A stretch of DNA of 64,000 nt from Candidatus Limnocylindria bacterium (lineage in GTDB: Bacteria > Patescibacteriota > Saccharimonadia > Saccharimonadales > JAGQNK01): positions 73,931-137,930 of the forward strand of contig DATHJH010000018.1 in NCBI GenBank assembly GCA_035489815.1. Reading direction: 5' to 3'. Positions 59,204 to 64,000 of the stretch are shown piece after piece. How positions within the stretch are numbered: position 1 is the stretch's first letter; each line of letters begins with the position of its first letter. The notes under the pieces were generated by a model. It had not been told where the DNA came from. It searched no databases and saw nothing but the letters and a program-made list of their open reading frames with translations. Made by a program: the position numbers and the translations under genes.

Positions 59204-59524
59204 ATGAACCCAGACGCCGCTAACCCTAATCCCCAGGCCCCAAATGACCCTGTGTCCCCGGCTTCACCCGTTGTTCCGCCGGCCGCACCGGATGCCGGAG
59301 TACCGGCTCCAGTAGATTCCACGCCGGTCCCGCCTACGGGTCCAACTGAAACTCCGGCCGCACCGGTAGCAGAAACACCCTTTGCCACAGATCAACAAGT
59401 GCCAGCTGCGGGCATGCCGCCAGCGGCTCAGCCTGCCGTCCCGGACAAAAAGTTCATCATCATAGCCGGCGTCGCAGCGGTTGTACTGATCGCAGTACTT
59501 GCCGCGTTGATGCTTATGGGGTAG
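59204..59524 (+). CDS. Pro/Ala-rich protein with C-terminal TM
   Basis: AAGGAG RBS; low-complexity region followed by a hydrophobic tail. Confidence 0.65.
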   Translation: MNPDAANPNPQAPNDPVSPASPVVPPAAPDAGVPAPVDSTPVPPTGPTETPAAPVAETPFATDQQVPAAGMPPAAQPAVPDKKFIIIAGVAAVVLIAVLAALMLMG

Positions 59525-59738
59525 ATCACCCAAGCGTAGATAAGAAAAGGTTACTCCAAGCTTGTATCTGAGAGCTAATCCAATTCTCCCTGTCCGCCAA
59601 AACTGAAGGTCTATGGAGAGGAATCTGGTATAGTAACTGAAATGAATGAACCGTTATATCTGGCACAAGTGCCTGAGTCCAGGCGCTGGTCCCAGCCAGG
59701 GGTAGGGGGGGGTCGGCAGTAGTTGAATTTCTTAATTG

Positions 59739-59810
59739 ACTGGATCCCGAATCAAGTTCGGGATGACACGGGGAAGCCGAACGTCATATCAGCTTGACTG
59801 GGTATCCAGT
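59739..59810. repeat. REP-like CTGGAT...ATGAC / GTCAT...ATCCAG units
   Basis: ACTGGATCCCGAATCAAGTTCGGGATGACA closely matches 13890-13919. Confidence 0.7.
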
Positions 59811-59964
59811 AGAAAATAAGGTTCGGTACTTCTACGGTTGCGGGGTTACTGCGTACGGTATTTGAACGACATTTTTGCCAAGGTTTTTGTTCGTCAATGA
59901 CATTGGTTACAATAAGTTACCAGGGCACCTTGTGCAATATGGTACCAATCGGTACCATGGTTGT

Positions 59965-60324
59965 ATGGCAGATACTATTTTTGACGCTGAATGTCCAACC
60001 CGTGAGGTGCTGGAAAACATTTCCAAAAAATGGGCAGCAGTAGCACTGTGCCTGCTGAGCGAGCGACCTCACCGCTTTAGCGAACTCCTGCATGGTATGG
60101 GCGGCGTATCGCAAAAGGTTCTGACCCAAACGCTGCGCAACCTGGAACGCCACGGACTGATTACCAGAACAGTAAACGCTACGACCGTGCCGATATCTGT
60201 TATTTATGCGCTGACCGGGCTGGGTGAGTCGCTGGCCGAGCCCATCGGCGCCATGCGTCGCTGGACCGAACAGCACATTGATGAGGTGGTCCGCGCCCAA
60301 AAAGTTTACGATACCAGGGAATGA
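59965..60324 (+). CDS. HxlR-family regulator
   Basis: CP.R..L..I..KW, RFSEL, VSQKVLTQTLR.LER.GL; palindrome ATGGTACC-AATC-GGTACCAT upstream. Confidence 0.9.
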   Translation: MADTIFDAECPTREVLENISKKWAAVALCLLSERPHRFSELLHGMGGVSQKVLTQTLRNLERHGLITRTVNATTVPISVIYALTGLGESLAEPIGAMRRWTEQHIDEVVRAQKVYDTRE

Positions 60325-60374
60325 CCCAGCATCTGTTACGAGGCCAGCACCCCACTCCACCTACTCCTACAGGT

Positions 60375-61129
60375 CTAACCAACAAGCTCATCTTGCCGAA
60401 GGCTTAGGTGCAGTGGGGTTGCTATAGATAGCCCGGAGTCCCTAGACCATTCGCGCGGTTCAAGTCCTTGCTCAAATATGACAGCATCCGCGCCACCTAG
60501 AAAGGACGTATTACCTTGGGCACGTATCCAGGCTGTTTCTGGCAGCCCTATCACAGGACGCGTATTTTCTTCATGGTACTGCCTGATTCGCTCTTCCCTG
60601 GTTCACCTTGATGGTCCTCTATGAGTGGGCCAGAAACAAAGTGTGGATTGATTTGAAAATCGACTAAGCCAATGGCCTCAAAATTGCCAAGCTCTACAAT
60701 CGGCATATCATTAGTAGTCATGATGGTTGGACAGGCGACATTGCTGCCCGCGCTTGTGCCCATATAGCCAGCGCCATGTTTAACTTTTTGTTTAATGGCG
60801 TCAAGCAAATCGTTGTCCTGGAGCGCTTTGAGCAGCCGGAATGTGTTACCGCCTCCAATAAAGATTGCCTTTACGTCATGCGCCTCTATGGCCCTGCGAG
60901 GGTCAGGCGTTCGATGCAAAGAAATAAATGTCCCGCCGACAGTCGGGTCAAGTCCGGTAAAGAACGCCTGAGCTGTATCGGCGTAGCCGTCCAAGTCGTA
61001 CTCAGCGTATGGGGCAAACAAAACATGACCAGGCGGGCAGCTATCCAGAAACTCTTTTACGGTTGCCCGACAATGCTCCAGGTATTCCTCATCTCCTGAG
61101 TACGAACTACTGATTAGTAGTAAGTTCAT
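60375..61129 (-). pseudogene. pepE: Dipeptidase E (peptidase S51) with one frameshift
   Basis: GGGNTF.LL, G.SAGSN, TTNDMPI, INPH; continuation REERIRQYHEEN..VIGLPE in another frame after about 60600. Confidence 0.8.
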
Positions 61130-61185
61130 ATGCCAACTATAGCAAAGAAAACCTTATAACGAAGCCTCTTGAAACATAAGCAAAA

Positions 61186-61262
61186 TGGTGCCCGTGGTAG
61201 GATTCGAACCTACGACTTTCTGCTCCGAAGGCAGACGCTCTAATCCACTGAGCTACACGGGC
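61186..61262 (-). tRNA. tRNA-Arg(TCG)
   Basis: Cloverleaf; TCTGC-CTTCGGA-GCAGA; CCA. Confidence 0.95.
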
Positions 61263-61377
61263 AAGTGATGCACGAGTTATTGTACCAGATATCACCCCTG
61301 TTTGTTATAATTACTCTGACTGCAGCCAGTCCCGTTGACCAAACCAAGCAGCTTTAGCTGCTGTTTGGGCGACGGAA

Positions 61378-61464
61378 GAGGAGAGGGCTTGGTTGGGTAG
61401 CTAGAAGTGATGGGCAAACTTGTTTTGCCATCACTTCAGCTGCCGAACCATCACACCTCGACGC
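61378..61464 (+). ncRNA. 87-nt tRNA 5'-leader hairpin element, copy 4
   Basis: GAGGAGAGGGCTTGGT...GGGCAAACTTGTTTTGCC...ACCATCACACCTCGACGC abutting tRNA-Arg. Confidence 0.7.
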
Positions 61465-61541
61465 GCACCCGTAGCTCAGCTGGATAGAGCGTTGGTTTCC
61501 GGTACCAAAGGTCGTAGGTTCAAATCCTATCGGGTGTACCA
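61465..61541 (+). tRNA. tRNA-Arg(CCG)
   Basis: Cloverleaf; TTGGT-TTCCGGT-ACCAA; CCA. Confidence 0.96.
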
Positions 61542-61645
61542 AATCAACGCATCAGATTGTTTTAGTTCTAGTTCTATCACTCTATAGTTTGCATCATCTG
61601 TTATTTTAGTTCGAATCCCGATTGCTCTTTGATACAATTGCTTAT

Positions 61646-62032
61646 ATGAAACAACTTGAACAGACATACATCATTCATGCACCGGTTGAAAAAGTATGGC
61701 AAGCCCTCACAGACGCTGCCACGGCAGAACAATGGGGCGCAGGTCCGGCAAAAATTGATGCGACCGTGGGTGGTGAATATAGTTTTTGGGATGGAGATAT
61801 TCATGGTGTATTTACGAAACTTGAGCCAAATACCAGAATTGAGCAAGACTGGTACGGCCATGACAATCCAGCTTGGAAATATAACGTAGTATTTGAGTTT
61901 GAAGGCGATGATAAGGTCACAAATGTTAAGTTGACATACTCCGGCGATATTCTTGATGAACAAAAAGACATTACTGACTGGCAAGATTACTATTTTGACC
62001 CAATTAAGAAACTGCTGGAGCGGCCAGAATAG
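61646..62032 (+). CDS. SRPBCC/AHSA1 domain protein
   Basis: I.APVEKVW.ALTD....QW, VGG.Y, W..YY...IK..LE. Confidence 0.88.
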   Translation: MKQLEQTYIIHAPVEKVWQALTDAATAEQWGAGPAKIDATVGGEYSFWDGDIHGVFTKLEPNTRIEQDWYGHDNPAWKYNVVFEFEGDDKVTNVKLTYSGDILDEQKDITDWQDYYFDPIKKLLERPE

Positions 62033-62064
62033 TTCTAACCTGTGCCAAAGCGCTGTACCATTTC
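62031..62064 (+). repeat. 34-bp direct repeat, copy 1 (candidate cassette boundary)
   Basis: AGTTCTAACCTGTGCCAAAGCGCTGTACCATTTC, identical at 62972-63005. Confidence 0.9.
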
Positions 62065-62149
62065 AACGCAACAGATTACATTAGTTCGAGAATTTAAACT
62101 CATTTCAAAGTCTTATCTGTTATTCAGTTCGAATCTCGATAGGTGTCAA

Positions 62150-62917
62150 TTATTTTGACTGAACGGATTCCAATACCGCTTCTGCGTCAAAAGGTGGCCC
62201 CCAAACTGTTGCAGCCTTACCTGAATTAATGACTGTTGTCACATCTTTGTGACTTGATATCATGGTCAAGTTTTCGCCTAGCATTTGCTGATAGAGTGTC
62301 CAGCTTGGATTAAAGAGTATTGGACGTTTAGCTAGAACAAACAATGAGCTGTCTCCAACTGTATCACCCATGTGTACATCAAGATGGCTCGTATCGCCAT
62401 TTCGAGCATCTGCGTATTCAGTTGCTTTATCAATACTATGAGCCTCGTCCGTGAACAGTCCTTCACGAGCTACATAGGTACTTCCCATTAATGCCACAAA
62501 ACCCAAATCTTCAGTAAATGGACCCATCAGCCACTCTGGCATAAGTGAAATTGAAACTACATTATGAGTTGCGTGCAGTTTTTCTATAATTGCTGTGGTT
62601 ATATTCCAACGCCTATGTCGTTGCTGATTTGCAACAATACGAGCTGCTTCATTTAGTTGACTTACCGATTTTCCAGGTACCTGTTCAATAAAGAAACGAA
62701 CGAGTTGACCTAAATGGGCAGTATATTTTTGTTCGGTATTGTCGTTTTTCCATTCTTGCTTGGCTGCGGTTATTTCAAAGGGCATTGGATCAAATACAGA
62801 TTGTTGTGATAACCAATCTGTATAGGCTTCGAGTACAGTCATTTTGAAAACAGTGCCGTCCAAATCAAAAGTTGCATCGGGCAAATCTGGATTAATACCG
62901 CCATTAAGCTCAATCAT
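62150..62917 (-). CDS. HAD-superfamily (IB-like) hydrolase
   Basis: FDLDGT, K, GDTVGD; AT-richer than the core genes. Confidence 0.82.
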   Translation of the reverse strand: MIELNGGINPDLPDATFDLDGTVFKMTVLEAYTDWLSQQSVFDPMPFEITAAKQEWKNDNTEQKYTAHLGQLVRFFIEQVPGKSVSQLNEAARIVANQQRHRRWNITTAIIEKLHATHNVVSISLMPEWLMGPFTEDLGFVALMGSTYVAREGLFTDEAHSIDKATEYADARNGDTSHLDVHMGDTVGDSSLFVLAKRPILFNPSWTLYQQMLGENLTMISSHKDVTTVINSGKAATVWGPPFDAEAVLESVQSK

Positions 62918-62971
62918 TCTCTAAATATAGCAAAGAAGCCTCCTCTAACTATAAGCACAACTGAGAAATAA

Positions 62972-63005
62972 AGTTCTAACCTGTGCCAAAGCGCTGTACC
63001 ATTTC
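62972..63005 (+). repeat. 34-bp direct repeat, copy 2
   Basis: Identical to 62031-62064. Confidence 0.9.
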
Positions 63006-63058
63006 GCTTATGTTTAAACCTATCAGATTTAGGTTTTTTTGTTTGATATGATGTACTT

Positions 63059-63517
63059 ATGCGAACTATCTATCGCGATATCGTTGCCGGTTTAGTAGCC
63101 TCCAAAGACAACAAGTTCCTGTTCGGCATGAAAGATCCGAAAGGTGGCGGAGTTTATGCCGACTGTTGGCATACTCCTGGAGGTGGTATTGAAGAAGGAG
63201 AGACTCAACTCGAAGCGCTGGCAAGAGAGATGCAGGAAGAAATGGGACTTGATACTTCGAAAGCAAAAGTTACATTACTTGATGATAAAGGCGAAGGCGA
63301 ATCAGAAAAGAAGCTGAAGGACACTTACGAAGTAGTGAAAGTTAAAATGAAGTTTTTTGTATACAAAATTGACTTTGATAAAAATGCTGAAGATATTGAT
63401 GTTAAACCTGGTGATGACATAGAGAAGCTGTCTTGGGTCGACTCCGCTAGGCTAAAAGACGCCAAACTCACTCCGCCGTCGGTTGAACTTTTTAGTAGGC
63501 TTGGCTGGTTGAAGTAG
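63059..63517 (+). CDS. NUDIX hydrolase
   Basis: PGGGIEEGETQLEALAREMQEEMG. Confidence 0.92.
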   Translation: MRTIYRDIVAGLVASKDNKFLFGMKDPKGGGVYADCWHTPGGGIEEGETQLEALAREMQEEMGLDTSKAKVTLLDDKGEGESEKKLKDTYEVVKVKMKFFVYKIDFDKNAEDIDVKPGDDIEKLSWVDSARLKDAKLTPPSVELFSRLGWLK

Positions 63518-63673
63518 AGACCAGGATGGTTCTATTTTGTATATCCTGCTGTACCAAATTCATATGACACAAAATAACACCTCTCAAGGTGAGACCTTAT
63601 AAAACCTTATAAAAATAGGGGTAGTAAGCATAAGTAATTTGCATTCATACGTATGATTTGCTAAAGTATACGT

Positions 63674-63916
63674 ATGAAAACGAAACTTACACTGAGCGTT
63701 GACCAAGATCTGGTGCAGTTTGCACGGCAGCAGGCACGTGCTCATAAAAAATCCGTTTCAGGTATGTTTTCGGAGTTTCTGACACATCGCAGAGCACAGG
63801 TAGACAAAGTAGCCGTGCCAAGTATTGCCAGCATGGCAGGCTCTCTGAAACACTATGCTGTTGACGACTCAAAAGAAGCTATTCGCGCAGCTTATGCCAA
63901 AAAATATTCTCGTTGA
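63674..63916 (+). CDS. RHH-type antitoxin (DUF6364-like)
   Basis: MKTKLTLSVD...AR..A.....SVS; overlaps a PIN gene. Confidence 0.75.
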   Translation: MKTKLTLSVDQDLVQFARQQARAHKKSVSGMFSEFLTHRRAQVDKVAVPSIASMAGSLKHYAVDDSKEAIRAAYAKKYSR

Positions 63917-64000
63917 CCTCAACGTTATTTTAGACGTTTTGCTTGAGCGCCGAGGGTTTAAAGCGTCGCAGTCAGTCCTGGAACTGCAGGTATCCAATTC
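63894..64000 (+). CDS. PIN-domain toxin, runs off the window end
   Basis: MPKNILVDLNVILDVLLER. Confidence 0.75.
   Translation, partial: MPKNILVDLNVILDVLLERRGFKASQSVLELQVSN

Noticed and set aside
62031-63005. Classical integron attC sites
   Set aside because: No RYYYAAC...GTTRRRY boxes with the expected palindrome and no intI; kept instead as a non-canonical cassette candidate

Overview
The window looks like a chromosomal segment of a Patescibacteria/CPR bacterium, most likely Saccharibacteria. This is inferred from the type IV pilus genes, sortases, HTH-fused MurA, short TsaB and many promoter-proximal (apparently leaderless) starts; standard stop codons are used. Core genes (pilB/pilC/pilin, recA, recX, tsaE/tsaB, rny, ymdB, tatA/tatC, murA, glyA, murB) are interleaved with ORFans, five toxin-antitoxin loci, several broken genes, seven tRNAs and many structured intergenic repeats. 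Three candidate undescribed systems stand out. (1) An 87-nt covarying hairpin element abuts the 5' end of four different tRNA genes. (2) Single-gene cassettes lie downstream of tRNA-Arg genes, delimited by sites that mimic a tRNA 3' end (GGTTC-N18/19-GTACCA). (3) A 12-kb surface-glycan locus holds two GT2s, two GH10s, a NodB deacetylase with CBM-like repeats, two sortases and an unannotated 57-aa LPNTG micro-protein. All calls were made by eye; no searches or folding programs were run.
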